Shown piece after piece: positions 16,183-27,300 of a stretch of 34,054 nt of DNA; the first letter of the stretch is position 1; every line of letters begins with the position of its first letter. Origin of the DNA: an uncultured Desulfobacteraceae bacterium (GTDB lineage Bacteria; Desulfobacterota; DSM-4660; Desulfatiglandales; Desulfatiglandaceae). Location of the stretch: contig CAYVUX010000001.1 in NCBI GenBank assembly GCA_964455075.1, positions 1 through 34,054 on the forward strand, in the 5' to 3' direction. A program made the translations under genes and the position numbers. The notes beneath the pieces are model-generated. The model was not told the origin of the DNA and ran no database searches. It saw only the letters and a program-made list of their open reading frames with translations.

Positions 16183-17556
16183 ATGGCCAAAACCATTCTT
16201 GTTGTCGATGACGAAACCAGCATCCTCCAAACCCTCCAGGGGATCCTTTCGGACGAGGGGTTCGAGGTGATGATTTCGGAGAGCGGATCGGAAGCCCTGG
16301 GCATGATCGAAGAGGTTTTTCCGGACCTGGTGTTGCTCGACATCTGGCTGCCGGGAATGGACGGGCTTGAGACGCTTGCGAAGATCAAGGAGAAATACCC
16401 GACGCTTCATGTGGTGATGATGTCCGGGCATGGCAACATTGAGACAGCCGTCAAAGCAACAAAAATGGGCGCTTACGACTTCATCGAAAAGCCGTTGTCC
16501 CTTGATAAGCTCCTGCTGACGCTGCAGAACGCCCTCGAACGTTCCGTGCTGGCCGAGGAGATCACCCTCCTGAGGCAGAAACAGAGAGACCGCTACGGAA
16601 TTACCGGAGGCAGCAAAGCGATTGTCCAGTTGAAGGAACAGATCCGGACGGTGGCGCCCACGAATGCCTGGGTGCTTATCTCCGGGGAGAACGGGACCGG
16701 AAAGGAACTTGTGGCCCACACCATTCATTGGCTGAGCAAAAGGGCCCACAAGCCCATTATCGAGGTGAACTGTGCGGCCATCCCTGAGGAGTTGATCGAG
16801 AGCGAGCTTTTCGGACATGAAAAGGGGGCGTTTACCGGGGCCTCCGGCATGAAAAGAGGCAAATTCGATCTGGCCGATGAAGGGACCATCTTTCTGGACG
16901 AAATCGGGGACATGAGCTTGAAAGCCCAGTCCAAGACCTTGAGAATTCTTCAGGAACAGAAATTTGAGCGCGTGGGCGGGGCCAGAACCATTACCGTGGA
17001 CGTCCGGGTTCTTGCGGCAACCAACAAGGACCTCGAAGCGGAAATCGAGAAAGGGACTTTCAGAGAGGATCTTTATTTTCGTCTCAATGTCATTCCCATT
17101 CGCGTGCCTCCTTTACGGGAGCGGAAGGAGGACATTCCCGAGCTGGTCCAGGAGTTCGTCAAGGAATTTGCACACAGCACAAACACGGTGTCGAAAGTCG
17201 TATCCGAAGACGCAATCGGCATGCTGATGGAATATGATTGGCCCGGAAACATAAGGGAATTGAAGAACCTGGTCGAAAGACTCATTATCATGACACCGGG
17301 GGAGAAAATCAAGCCGGGAGACATCCCGCCCCCGTTCAGCGGATCCATCTCCATGAAGGACGGATTTGAAATCCCCTTCGATGCCAAGAGCCTCAAAGAA
17401 GCAAGGAGGCAATTCGAGAAGGCCTACATTGAGAGCAAGCTCAAAGAACACCGGGGGAACATCTCTCACACCGCCGAAGCCATTGACGTGGAGCGGAGCA
17501 GCCTTCACAGAAAGATCAAGGCGTATGGATTAGACAAGGCCAAACGGCAAGCGTAA
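16183..17556 (+). CDS. sigma54-dependent two-component response regulator (NtrC/AtoC family)
   Basis: The receiver domain reads ILVVDDETSI...DLVLLDIWLPGMDG. The AAA+ domain has GENGTGKE and the GAFTGA loop (EKGAFTGA). A C-terminal Fis-type HTH is present. No histidine kinase gene is adjacent. Confidence 0.92.
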   Translation: MAKTILVVDDETSILQTLQGILSDEGFEVMISESGSEALGMIEEVFPDLVLLDIWLPGMDGLETLAKIKEKYPTLHVVMMSGHGNIETAVKATKMGAYDFIEKPLSLDKLLLTLQNALERSVLAEEITLLRQKQRDRYGITGGSKAIVQLKEQIRTVAPTNAWVLISGENGTGKELVAHTIHWLSKRAHKPIIEVNCAAIPEELIESELFGHEKGAFTGASGMKRGKFDLADEGTIFLDEIGDMSLKAQSKTLRILQEQKFERVGGARTITVDVRVLAATNKDLEAEIEKGTFREDLYFRLNVIPIRVPPLRERKEDIPELVQEFVKEFAHSTNTVSKVVSEDAIGMLMEYDWPGNIRELKNLVERLIIMTPGEKIKPGDIPPPFSGSISMKDGFEIPFDAKSLKEARRQFEKAYIESKLKEHRGNISHTAEAIDVERSSLHRKIKAYGLDKAKRQA

Positions 17557-17564
17557 CGTTTGCT

Positions 17565-17584
17565 TTCCGCGGTCATCCGCGGGA
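17565..17584. terminator. hairpin in the 28-nt gap between the convergent response-regulator and engB genes; possible bidirectional terminator without clear U-tracts
   Basis: The sequence is ttCCGCGG-tcat-CCGCGGga (stem 17567-17572 with 17577-17582). It is not followed by a clear T-run on either strand. Confidence 0.3.
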
Positions 17585-18190
17585 TTATCCTCCCGGATCC
17601 GTGTGTTCGGGAGGCATTTCTGCAGCTTCCACAATTTTTTTCCAAAGCGTTGCCCTCCCGTCCCCGGTTTTTGCCGAGAAGAGCGTGAAAGCCTCCGGCG
17701 AAATGTTTCCGCAGAGCCGGGCGATTTCCCTGGACCGATGCTTTGCCTGGTGTGTCGAGAGCTTGTCCGCCTTGGTTAATACCGGAAGGGCGGGCAGTCC
17801 GTGGTGCTCCAACCACTCCAACAGAGCAAGGTCCCCGGGGCTGGGATCTCTCCGGATGTCGAGGATAATAATCACGGCCTTCAAATTGGGCCTGCTCCGG
17901 AGGTAGGTTTCCACCATCTCTTTCCATGTCTTTTTGATTCTCGATGGGACCCTTGCGAAGCCATAGCCTGGAAGATCGACCAAAACCACACGGTTGTCCA
18001 CCCTGTAGAAATTGATGGACTGCGTTCTTCCCGGAGTGGAGCTTGTTCGGGCGAGTTTCTTCCTGTTGAGCAGCACGTTGATAAGAGAGGATTTTCCCAC
18101 GTTGGACGGGCCTGTGACGGCGATTTCCGGTTCGTCCGCAGGAGGGTATTGGCTTTTTTTAAAGGCGCTTTTGATGAATTCCGCCTGCAA
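17585..18190 (-). CDS. engB: ribosome biogenesis GTP-binding protein YihA/YsxC/EngB
   Basis: It has G1 motif GPSNVGKSSLIN, G3 motif DLPGYGFA and G4 motif TKADK. Confidence 0.9.
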   Translation of the reverse strand: MQAEFIKSAFKKSQYPPADEPEIAVTGPSNVGKSSLINVLLNRKKLARTSSTPGRTQSINFYRVDNRVVLVDLPGYGFARVPSRIKKTWKEMVETYLRSRPNLKAVIIILDIRRDPSPGDLALLEWLEHHGLPALPVLTKADKLSTHQAKHRSREIARLCGNISPEAFTLFSAKTGDGRATLWKKIVEAAEMPPEHTDPGG

Positions 18191-18276
18191 GAAAGTTTCC
18201 CTTTGTCATTTCAGAGAAGGCGTCGTCGCTTCAATGGGGGATGGGTACCGAATGATGTTTGCCTTTGTAAGGAAAC

Positions 18277-19422
18277 TTAGCGGGCCTTCAAGTAATTCCC
18301 TATGCGATCCAGACCTTCTTTAATATTTTCGAGGGAGTTCGCATAGGAGAATCGAATATGGCCCTCGGCGTTCTTTCCGAAATCCACTCCCGGACTTGTG
18401 CCGACCCCGGTGTTTTCCAGCAATTCAAAGGCGAAGGCAAAGGAGTCCCCGGAGAATCTTCCGGCATCGGCCAGGACATAGAATGCGCCCATCGGATCAA
18501 CAGGAAGGCCGAATTCCAGCTCACGGAGCCGCGCAATCATGTATAGCCGTCTTTCGTTGTAGATGGACTTCATCCTCTCCACGTCGGATCCGGCCTGCTT
18601 CAGGGCCGCCAATCCGGCCCACTGGGAGAGACTGCCGGCGGATATGAAGAAGTTCTGCTGGATCTTTTGAAGCGGGCGGATGAAGTCGGACGGACAAATG
18701 AGGTACCCGAGCCTCCAGCCTGTCATGGCATAAAGCTTGGAGAAGCCGTTCAGAACGAATGCATTGTCCGTGAATTCAAGGATGCTGTGCGCGTCCTCGC
18801 CGTAAACGAGTCCGTGGTAGATCTCATCGGAGACAACCGGGATGCCCAGATCTGCAATTTGCGCCATACGCTCCTGAGAAAGGACATTTCCCGTGGGATT
18901 GGAAGGGGAGTTGATCAGGGCGGCCCTCGTTCTCGGGCCCATTGCCTTCTTCACGTCCCCGGGGCGCATCTGAAATCCTTCTGATTCATACCCCTTCACA
19001 AAGACGGGTTCGGCCCCGATGAATCTTGCAAAGTTGGGATAGCAAGGGTAGTGGGGATCGGAAAGAATGATCTGATCTCCCGGGTCGAGAACAGCGGAGA
19101 AGATCATAAAAAGGGCCGGAGATGTGCCGGAAGTGACCATCACCCGATCCGGGGTTACTTCGACCCCGTAGGTGTTGAGGTAATGTTCGCAGATGGCTTC
19201 TCTCAGTTGGGGGATCCCGAGACTGTGGGTGTAATGGGTCTCCCCCCGGTTCATTGCGCTCACAGCCGCCTGGCAGATGCATTCCGGCGTCGGAAAATCG
19301 GGTTCGCCGATCTCTAAATGAATGATTTCACGCCCTTGCTTTTCGAGTTCGTGGGCGCGTTCGAGAACATCCATAACGATGAACGGCGGGATTTCCTGTG
19401 CCTTTTTGGTAATTCGGCTCAC
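18277..19422 (-). CDS. pyridoxal-phosphate-dependent aminotransferase, class I (AspB/AlaT-like)
   Basis: It reads HLEIGEPDFPTP...SKLYAMTGWRLGYL. The track start at 19575 would overlap hisG. I prefer GTG 19422, which is preceded by GGAGGTGAG (giving VSRITKKAQEIPPFIVMDVLERA...). Confidence 0.85.
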   Translation of the reverse strand: MSRITKKAQEIPPFIVMDVLERAHELEKQGREIIHLEIGEPDFPTPECICQAAVSAMNRGETHYTHSLGIPQLREAICEHYLNTYGVEVTPDRVMVTSGTSPALFMIFSAVLDPGDQIILSDPHYPCYPNFARFIGAEPVFVKGYESEGFQMRPGDVKKAMGPRTRAALINSPSNPTGNVLSQERMAQIADLGIPVVSDEIYHGLVYGEDAHSILEFTDNAFVLNGFSKLYAMTGWRLGYLICPSDFIRPLQKIQQNFFISAGSLSQWAGLAALKQAGSDVERMKSIYNERRLYMIARLRELEFGLPVDPMGAFYVLADAGRFSGDSFAFAFELLENTGVGTSPGVDFGKNAEGHIRFSYANSLENIKEGLDRIGNYLKAR

Positions 19423-19525
19423 CTCACCTCCAGGAGTTCCTGAATCGAAACCTTTGAGACAGAAGCCCTCCTCGGCTTCCTTGACCTCGATCCGCCTCCG
19501 GCGGAGACATTCTTCAAGGGTCTCG

Positions 19526-20401
19526 TTACACGACCTTGTTGAGCGGATATTCGATAATTCCCTCGGCCCCCGCATCCATGAGCCTTGGAATCAAGTCCCG
19601 GACCGCGCTTACATCCACGATGACTTCCACGGACACCCAACTTGAGTTGTATAGACCCGCTACGGTCGGGGCATTGAGGCTGGGCAGGATCTCAATGATC
19701 TTTTCAACATTTTTTTGCGGGAGGTTCATCTTCAGCCCCACCATGTTCTCCGCCCTCAAAGCCCCTTTGAGCAGAAGGATAATTTGTTCGATTTTGCCCC
19801 TTTTGAAAGGGTCTTTGTAGGACTCTCGATTGGCGATGAGCTGGGTGTTCGTTTGCATGAGTTCGTAGATGATCTTGAGACCGTGGGCGCGAAGGGTGCT
19901 CCCCGTCTCTGTGACCTCCACCACCGCGTCGGCAAGTCCGGACACCACCTTTGCTTCCGTGGCCCCCCAGGAAAACTCCACTTTGACGTCGATAGCGTGA
20001 TTCTGGAAAAAACGCTTGGTAAAGTTGACCAGCTCCGTAGCGATTTTCTTTCCCTTGAGGTCCTCAAGGGTCCGCATATTCGAATCCGCAGGCACGGCAA
20101 CAACCCAGCGTGCCGGGCTCTGGCTCACTTTCGAGTAAACGAGGTCGTCCACGATGATCACGTCGGACTTGTTTTCCTCGATCCAGTCTTTGCCGGTCAA
20201 CCCCGCATCCAGAGCTCCGTTTTCAACGTGCCTGGACATTTCTTGGGCCCGGCAAATACTGCACTCCATGGTATCATCATTGATGTCCGGAAAGTAACTA
20301 CGACCGTTGATGTTGATCTTCCACCCCGATCTTTCGAACAATCTGACTGTGGCATTTTGCAGGCTCCCCTTCGGGATGCCGAATCTGAGTTTCTTCATCA
20401 T
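19526..20401 (-). CDS. hisG: ATP phosphoribosyltransferase, long form
   Basis: 291 aa. It starts [27 protein letters not shown] and contains ...[15 protein letters not shown]... A C-terminal regulatory domain is present. It overlaps the hisI stop by 4 nt. Confidence 0.9.
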   Translation of the reverse strand: MMKKLRFGIPKGSLQNATVRLFERSGWKININGRSYFPDINDDTMECSICRAQEMSRHVENGALDAGLTGKDWIEENKSDVIIVDDLVYSKVSQSPARWVVAVPADSNMRTLEDLKGKKIATELVNFTKRFFQNHAIDVKVEFSWGATEAKVVSGLADAVVEVTETGSTLRAHGLKIIYELMQTNTQLIANRESYKDPFKRGKIEQIILLLKGALRAENMVGLKMNLPQKNVEKIIEILPSLNAPTVAGLYNSSWVSVEVIVDVSAVRDLIPRLMDAGAEGIIEYPLNKVV

Positions 20402-20775
20402 CCATAAACCTTCTTGGGATCAAATCGCTTTTCGCCTTCCACGGTCAATTTTCCGTCTTTGTTCAATCGCCTGTGAAAACAGGATTCGTAGCCGGTATGA
20501 CAGGCAGCACCTCCGATCTGTTCAACCTGGAACAGGACCGTGTCATTGTCGCAATCCACGAAAATCTCCTTTATTTTCTGAATGTTTCCTGAGGTTCCGC
20601 CTTTGTGCCACAATTTTTCCCTGGAACGGCTCCAAAAATGCGCCTCTCCGGTTTCAACAGTCTTTTCCCAGGCTTCGCGATTGATATAGGCGAGCATCAG
20701 CACCTTGCCGGTGGCACTGTCCTGAACAATGGCCGGCAGCAGACCGCCTCCTTTTGAAAAGTCAAGTTGGAGCAT
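20398..20775 (-). CDS. hisI: phosphoribosyl-AMP cyclohydrolase
   Basis: 125 aa. It reads [53 protein letters not shown]...[28 protein letters not shown]. Confidence 0.9.
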   Translation of the reverse strand: MLQLDFSKGGGLLPAIVQDSATGKVLMLAYINREAWEKTVETGEAHFWSRSREKLWHKGGTSGNIQKIKEIFVDCDNDTVLFQVEQIGGAACHTGYESCFHRRLNKDGKLTVEGEKRFDPKKVYG

Positions 20776-20805
20776 GATCCAAATCCCTTTCTCCCTAAAC
20801 TTTAT

Positions 20806-20840
20806 AGTATAGCACAGAAAATCTTCTTTGAGCTAGTAAA
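20806..20840 (-). promoter_or_regulatory. candidate extended -10 promoter (TGcTATACT) for hisIG
   Basis: The minus strand reads tgTGcTATACT, with the -10 at 20811-20806 and TG at 20814-20813. This lies ~30 nt upstream of the hisI ATG and is followed by an RBS-like GGGAGAAAGGGA. The -35 is poor. Confidence 0.35.
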
Positions 20841-20919
20841 TTCATGTCCGGTTCATCTCATGCCCCGAGATCTTCGAGAAACAGCCTGTTTCGATGCAAA
20901 AGACGTTTTGCGCCGCGAT

Positions 20920-21954
20920 CTATCCCTCTCGGGATCGGGAGCCGCTTAATTGCCCGCAGGCAGCCTGGATATCGCGTCCTTTGCTCTTTCGGATGATGGC
21001 CGTATAGTGCCGGCCTGCCAGGATTTGCTGGAAACGCAAGACGCGTTCCATGGATGGAGGGGCCATGTCACAGCCGGAGTGGGCGTTCAAGGGTATCAGG
21101 TTGATCTTGGCGGGGAGGCCCGAGAGAAGAGCCGCCAGTTTCTCTGCATCCACTCTGCGGTCGTTCATTCCTCCAACCAGGATGTATTCGAAGGTGATCA
21201 TGCGACGGTTGGGAAGGGGGAATGCCCGGCAGGCGGCGATCAGCTGCGCCAGGGGATAGGTGCGATTTACCGGCATGAGGCGGCTCCGGGTGCTGTCGTC
21301 CGCTGCGTTGAGGCTGACTGCCAGATTGATTTTCATATCCCTGCCCATTTGCGCCATTTGAGGAACCAGGCCGCAGGTGCTCAGGGTCACTCGCCGGTGG
21401 GAGAAATTCATCCCATCTTCATCCACCAGGTTCATCACCGCGGTTCGCACTGCATCGTAGTTCGCGAGGGGTTCGCCCATTCCCATGAAGACAACGTTTG
21501 TGAGTGCCTCCGGCGTATCCATGGACCGCTTGACCTGGATGACCTGTTCCACGATTTCCCCGGCGGTGAGATTCCTCTTGAGCCCTGACCTGCCTGTGAG
21601 GCAGAAGAGGCATCCCATGGCGCAACCGGCCTGGGTGGACACGCAAAGGGTTGCATGATCCCTTTCCGGAATGAGGACGGATTCGATATGGTGGCCGTCC
21701 TGAAGTCTGAACAGGCTCTTTTCTGTTCCGTCCTCGGAAAGGACCGTCTCCACCTTTACGAGCGGCCGAAGGGAAATCCGTGCATCCAGAGATTCCCGAA
21801 GCGGCTTGGGAAGGTTGTGCATTTCTTGGAACGAACCCGCCAGGCGTTTGAACATCCAGTGCCGGATCTGACGCGCCCTGTAGGGCTCCAGCCTCTCCCT
21901 GAGGACCCATTTCTCGGTTCCGGCGGCGTCCAAGCCCTTGAGGTCAGTCTTCAT
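20920..21954 (-). CDS. rlmN: 23S rRNA/tRNA adenine-C2 methyltransferase, radical SAM
   Basis: It has the radical SAM motif GCAMGCLFCLTG and ends ...ACGQL. I prefer ATG 21954 (MKTDLKGLDAAGTEKWVLRERLEPYRARQIRHWMF) to the track start at 22059, which overlaps the upstream gene by 116 nt. Confidence 0.9.
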   Translation of the reverse strand: MKTDLKGLDAAGTEKWVLRERLEPYRARQIRHWMFKRLAGSFQEMHNLPKPLRESLDARISLRPLVKVETVLSEDGTEKSLFRLQDGHHIESVLIPERDHATLCVSTQAGCAMGCLFCLTGRSGLKRNLTAGEIVEQVIQVKRSMDTPEALTNVVFMGMGEPLANYDAVRTAVMNLVDEDGMNFSHRRVTLSTCGLVPQMAQMGRDMKINLAVSLNAADDSTRSRLMPVNRTYPLAQLIAACRAFPLPNRRMITFEYILVGGMNDRRVDAEKLAALLSGLPAKINLIPLNAHSGCDMAPPSMERVLRFQQILAGRHYTAIIRKSKGRDIQAACGQLSGSRSREG

Positions 21955-22648
21955 CCAGGGCCCCGTCCTCCCGCACCGGCACCGGCTGATATTGCATGGT
22001 CCTGAGTCTGGCCAATTCCCAGGCATAGTCATAGAGATGAAGCCCTTTGCTGGATGCAATCATTTCGCCGTCGTCTACGCCGATGCTCAGAGCCATATAT
22101 TCCTTGAGCATCTGAAGTGCCCCCAGGTTCGCGGGAAATCCGTTCCAGAGATCCCAGGACCTGAAATACACGATAAAATGGAGCTTTCCTTCTTTTACCC
22201 GTGTATCGATGCCTCTCAGACAGGGGGGATCGTTCAGGTGGATGGCGTTCGGATCTCCCACGGTCATGTAGGCCTGATTGGTGTCGAAGCCGTCCTCACG
22301 GTACATGCGAATGACCTCGTTGATCTGAGGCTCCAAATACTGTCCGTAGGTGTAATCCTCGCCCGGTTGCTTCGCCGAGGTCATCAAATAGGGCAGGTAT
22401 TCCTCGAGGTATCCATCAGCGACAGGATTGGGAATGCCGAGGGCAGGGGGAATGTCGGGAAGCAGGGGACGAACTCCGGGGTGCCGTATATGTACAGTAA
22501 CAAAATCGAACTCGAGCCTCTTCTGCCCTTCATAACTCCCCCTGTCTATAGTGTACTCCCGACCGGAGGAAAGCAGCCGGTAAACACACTGAAACCACGC
22601 GTCAGGGAGGTCTCGGGCTTGGATGAATTCAAGTTTCATAACCATCAT
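21944..22648 (-). CDS. thymidylate synthase family protein, archaeal/methanogen-type ThyA-like
   Basis: 234 aa. The ThyA-like motifs are YTYGQY (compare YGxQWR), the catalytic-Cys context NDPPCL (compare PPCH), YFRSWDLWNGFPANLGAL (compare QRSxDxxLGxPFNIA) and GLHLYDY (compare HLY). It overlaps the rlmN start by 11 nt. Confidence 0.75.
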   Translation of the reverse strand: MMVMKLEFIQARDLPDAWFQCVYRLLSSGREYTIDRGSYEGQKRLEFDFVTVHIRHPGVRPLLPDIPPALGIPNPVADGYLEEYLPYLMTSAKQPGEDYTYGQYLEPQINEVIRMYREDGFDTNQAYMTVGDPNAIHLNDPPCLRGIDTRVKEGKLHFIVYFRSWDLWNGFPANLGALQMLKEYMALSIGVDDGEMIASSKGLHLYDYAWELARLRTMQYQPVPVREDGALDED

Positions 22649-22681
22649 GTTCTCCGCTGCAAAGGGCGGTTGGTCAACGGC

Positions 22682-23602
22682 TTACAGGTCCTCCAGGAGC
22701 GCAAGAATTTTGTCCCTTTTCTTGAGCCCGTCCATCCATTGCGTCGGGAGTGATTCGGGCCCCAGATACGCTCCCAGAATCATACCCACCAACATCCCCC
22801 TGCCGGCGCTGTCCCCTCCTGCCATCACGGATTGGACGAGGGCCTCCACGAGATCATCTTCATACTTGGCGATGAGATGAGCCACTCCGGGGAACGCCTC
22901 GGGAGTGTGACAGCTTTGTCCGAATTGTACCACGGTGCCTACGGTCTCGCTGCCGATCGAGTCGAGTCCGGCATTCAACCATCCCATAATCGGCGAACCC
23001 TTGAACCCGTCTTCAGAGATTTTCTTCATGGCCCGGACCGGACGGGCTCCCTTGAGAATGTCAAAGGCGACTCTCGCGAAAAACTCGGCGCAATCCACCG
23101 TGATCGGATCCCTGTGGGTCATGCTGGTCTGCGCCCTTGCCGTTTCCACCAGGGTTTCGAGATCCTCTCTATACACATAGACGACGGGCGGGATCCGCGC
23201 GGCGCCTGCAAGATCGTTTGACGGGGAGCCTGCTTCCTCCACGTCCTTTCCCGAGGCGTAGTTGGATAGGGTCGTCTTGGTGGCTTGATCGAAATAGCCG
23301 CGGTAGTTCTCAAAAAGCCCCCGCCATCGGGACGAGAAATCCTTCAGATCGAACCCGTTTTTTGCGGAGACCGACTCGAGAAGGGCAAGGGCCTGGTCCC
23401 CGTAATGGGTGAACTCTCCTTTATCCTTGCCGGCATGGAAGGACCCGTCAGCCGGTTTCAGAAGATTTTCCACTCTGCCGAACTCATTTTGAATGCGACG
23501 CGTATCATAAATCCAGTGCGCGCCGAGGGCGAGGGAATCGCCCAGGAAAGAGGAAATCACCATGGCCTTGGCGTGGCTGTCTGCAGTATCGTTTTGAGGC
23601 AT
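22682..23602 (-). CDS. ADP-ribosylglycohydrolase family protein
   Basis: 306 aa. It has an N-terminal FLGDSLALGAHWIYD and a C-terminal GGDSAGRGMLVGMILGAYLG, which correspond to the two metal-site motifs of the ARH/DraG fold. Confidence 0.75.
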   Translation of the reverse strand: MPQNDTADSHAKAMVISSFLGDSLALGAHWIYDTRRIQNEFGRVENLLKPADGSFHAGKDKGEFTHYGDQALALLESVSAKNGFDLKDFSSRWRGLFENYRGYFDQATKTTLSNYASGKDVEEAGSPSNDLAGAARIPPVVYVYREDLETLVETARAQTSMTHRDPITVDCAEFFARVAFDILKGARPVRAMKKISEDGFKGSPIMGWLNAGLDSIGSETVGTVVQFGQSCHTPEAFPGVAHLIAKYEDDLVEALVQSVMAGGDSAGRGMLVGMILGAYLGPESLPTQWMDGLKKRDKILALLEDL

Positions 23603-23605
23603 TTT

Positions 23606-23956
23606 TCATCTCCTGTATTTCTTGTATCCCATAACGATCCAGAAAATCCCCCAGGCTCCGAATACAGGCGCGAGTCCGATGTAGAAAAAGAAGGCCGGGT
23701 CCTCTTGCCAGGGCTTCAACAAAACGGCGACCAGAGCGGGCCACGCGATCGATACGACAATGCCTGCTCGCATCCAACCGGTAAGCGCAAGGCCTTGCCG
23801 TCTGACCTCTTGGGTCCCCCGAACCCGTGAACCGAGCCGGGGAAGCATGAGGATGACCAGGCCAATTGCAACCAGCAGAAGAATTTCGGAAATACCAGAC
23901 AAAGAGATCCTTCCAAAGGCTTCGGAAGCCCGTTCGTTTTCGGTGCCTGGAGCCAA
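23606..23956 (-). CDS. small integral membrane protein (about 3 TM segments), hypothetical
   Basis: 116 aa. The hydrophobic segments are ILLLVAIGLVILML, AGIVVSIAWPALVAVLL and IGLAPVFGAWGIFWIVMG. Its stop is 3 nt from the start of the downstream gene. Confidence 0.6.
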   Translation of the reverse strand: MAPGTENERASEAFGRISLSGISEILLLVAIGLVILMLPRLGSRVRGTQEVRRQGLALTGWMRAGIVVSIAWPALVAVLLKPWQEDPAFFFYIGLAPVFGAWGIFWIVMGYKKYRR

Positions 23957-24350
23957 TGCGGAGGCGCTGAAAAAGGCGGCCCGCGGTCCTCCCCCTTCGG
24001 TCTTAGGGGGCTGTGATTTTCTTTCCCATTCGGTCGGGGAATGGAATCCGCCGCATACTCAAAAAAGGTCCGGTCTTCATTCGGTTCACTCGGCCCCAGC
24101 CGCCGGGCAGGAACCCTCCAAATGCGGGGAAGGGTCCATGCTCACAAGGCGGCTCTGGATCTGTATGGAGCCGACATCTATTGTTATCACAAAGAAGCGG
24201 GTTCGGGCAAGCACGCGTCCATGTGAGGCCCTTCCCTCTTTTCGTCTGTCTCGTTAAAATGATAGATTGCAACATTGCCCGAGATGGGCAGAATAATCGA
24301 ATTCAGCGAGGGAGATGCACCCCATGAAAGGCGAGCACACGGGATTGGAA

Positions 24351-27300
24351 ATGAACAGTCGAACCATACGAATTAAAGGTGCAAGGCAACACAACCTTAA
24401 GAATATCAGTCTCGAGATTCCGCTCCACTGCATCACGGTGGTCACGGGTGTGAGCGGTTCCGGAAAGTCTTCTTTTGCTTTCGATACGCTCTACGCGGAA
24501 GGCCAACGGCGGTATGTGGAGACCTTCTCCTCTTATGCCCGGCAGTTTATGGAACGCATGGACCGACCCCAGGTGGACCGGATTCAAGGAATCCCGCCGG
24601 CGCTTGCCATCGACCGCAAGGCCCCGGTCAGGACCTCGCGCTCTACAGTGGGAACGATGACCGAGATCACGGACTACGTAAAGCTCATATATCCGAGACT
24701 GGCCCGGCTTCATTGCCGGCGCTGCGGGGAGCCCGTCAGGCCCGAGACACCCGAGGACGTCTGGCTGCGTCTCAAGGGGTTCCCTCGGGGCTGTGAGGCC
24801 ATCGTGACATTCCCTGTTCAGACATTCGGCCTTCCCACAGATGACGTGGTAAAGTCCCTGCTTCAAATGGGATTTTCCCGTTGCCTTCTGAACGGCGAGC
24901 TCCACGATCTTGCACAAGGAGGACTCACAAGCTCTGCCGAAGAGATCCAGGTGGTTGCAGACCGGCTCCTGCTTCGTCCCGGGGAGGCCAAACGGACCAA
25001 GGATTCCTTGGAGCAGGCCTTTCGTTTCGGAAGGGGAAGGATGGACGTATGGATCAGGGACGGGAGGAACAAGGCCGGTTCGGTTGAAGACGTCGATTCG
25101 GCGAAGCGGTTGTCATTCAGCTCCACGCTTGAATGCGCCCGCTGCCGGATATCCTATCCGGAACCGACCCCCAACATGTTCTCGTTCAACAGCCCCATCG
25201 GGGCCTGCCCGACGTGCAGGGGGTTTGGGAGAATCATCGATGTGGATCCCGACCTGGTGGTCCCGAACACGGAACTTTCTCTCGGGGAAGGGGCCATAAA
25301 ACCCTGGGGAACCGGTTCGGAATCCCGGATGGAATTTGAAGACCTCATGACCTTTTGCCGGGCAAACGGGATACCGACGCACATTCCCTTTCGGAGACTT
25401 TCCGAGCCCCAGAAAAGAATGATTATGGACGGCGGAAAAGGATTCTATGGGGTTCGAGGGTTTTTCAAGTGGCTCGAGGGAAAGACCTACAGGATGCATG
25501 TGCGCGTGTTCCTCTCCCGCTACCGTGCCTACAGGCGATGTCCGGACTGCATGGGATCGCGGCTGAAAGAGGAGCCGCTTCTATACAGGCTGAACGGCTT
25601 GAGCATCGCGCAAGTGTATGAATTGAACGTGAAACAGGCGCGGGAGTTCTTTTCAGGCGTGAAATCTCCCAGGGGCGACGCGGCAAGCCGGCTGATTCTC
25701 TCCGAGGTGCAGGGTCGGCTGCGGTATCTGGTGAAGGTGGGGCTGGAGTATCTCACCCTGGACAGGCAGTCCCGGACACTGTCGGGCGGGGAGGTTCAAC
25801 GCGTGGCCCTGGCATCTTCTCTCGGGGCATCCCTTGCGGACACGCTCTACGTGCTGGATGAACCCAGCATCGGTCTTCACCCCAGAGACAGCCGCCGCCT
25901 GTTGGACATTCTCCAGGGACTAAGCAGCCAGCGCAATACCGTTGTGGTCGTAGAGCATGACCCGGAGCTCATCGCGGGAAGCGATGTGATGCTCGACCTT
26001 GGGCCCGGGGCCGGAGAGCAAGGCGGTAACGTTATGTACTTCGGGCCGACCCGCGAAGTGGCAGGCTCCCTTACTGGCGAGTTCCTGACAGGAGAGAGGC
26101 GGATTCCCCTCCCGCAGGTGCGAAGGCCGGCCGGTTCAGGGGGATGGCTCACTATCGAAGGAGCCTCCGCCCACAACCTCAAGGGCATTCGAGTGGATAT
26201 CCCTCTGGGCTGTTTCGTTTGCCTTACAGGGGTTTCCGGTTCAGGGAAGTCCACTCTTGCCGAAGAGGTTTTGTACAAAGCCCTCAAATGGGCGAAAGGC
26301 GACCCCCAGGGGAGGCCGGGAGAATACGCTGCTCTCACCGGGATTGAACGTGTCCGGGAAACCGTTCTTGTGGACCAGCGGCCCATAGGGCGAACGCCCA
26401 GGGCCAATCCGCTTACCTACATTCGCGCCATGGACGAGATTCGAAAGCTTCTCGCCGGGACGCCGGAGGCGGCGTCCCGGAATCTTTCACCCACGCACTT
26501 TTCTTTCAACACGGCGGAAGGCCGCTGCAAGACCTGCCGGGGAGACGGGTTTGAAAAGGTGGAGATGCAATTTCTCTCCGATGTGTATGTGACCTGCCCG
26601 GACTGCGGAGGTACGCGGTTTGAAAAACCGGTCCTGGAGGTGCGGTATCACGGGAAAAATATTCACGAAATCTTTTCCATGACAGGTCGGGAGGCGCGCC
26701 GCTTCTTTTCCGACCGGCCTGCGCTTTCGAGAGCCCTGGATGTGCTTTTCGACGTCGGGATGGAATACGTCCGCCTCGGACAGCCTGTGAACACGCTTTC
26801 AGGAGGAGAAGCACAGCGTCTTAAGCTTTCCAGATATCTCAAGTCCAAAGAAGAAGACGGGATCCTGTTTATCCTGGATGAGCCCACGACGGGGCTTCAC
26901 TTCCAGGACATCGAAAAGCTGCTTGCAGCCCTTCAGGGTCTGGTGGACAAAGGCCACACGGTCCTTGTCATTGAGCACAACATGGACCTCGTCAAGTGTG
27001 CGGACTGGGTGATCGATCTGGGCCCCGAGGGAGGAGCGCGGGGTGGAGAGGTCGTGGGCAGAGGAACCCCGGAGGAGACGGCCCTGATTAAGGGATCCTA
27101 CACGGGCCGTTTCCTCAAGACGGCTCTCAGGGGAAAGCCACGAATTCCGCTGCACAAAGCAAAGACAAGGGCGGCGCCGGGCCGGTCGGGAAACGGCCGG
27201 GAACGCATATCCGTGAGAGGGGCCCGTGAACACAACCTGAAGAACCTGAGTCTGGACATCCCGAGGGGGCGCTTCGTAGTGCTCACAGGGGTAAGCGGAT

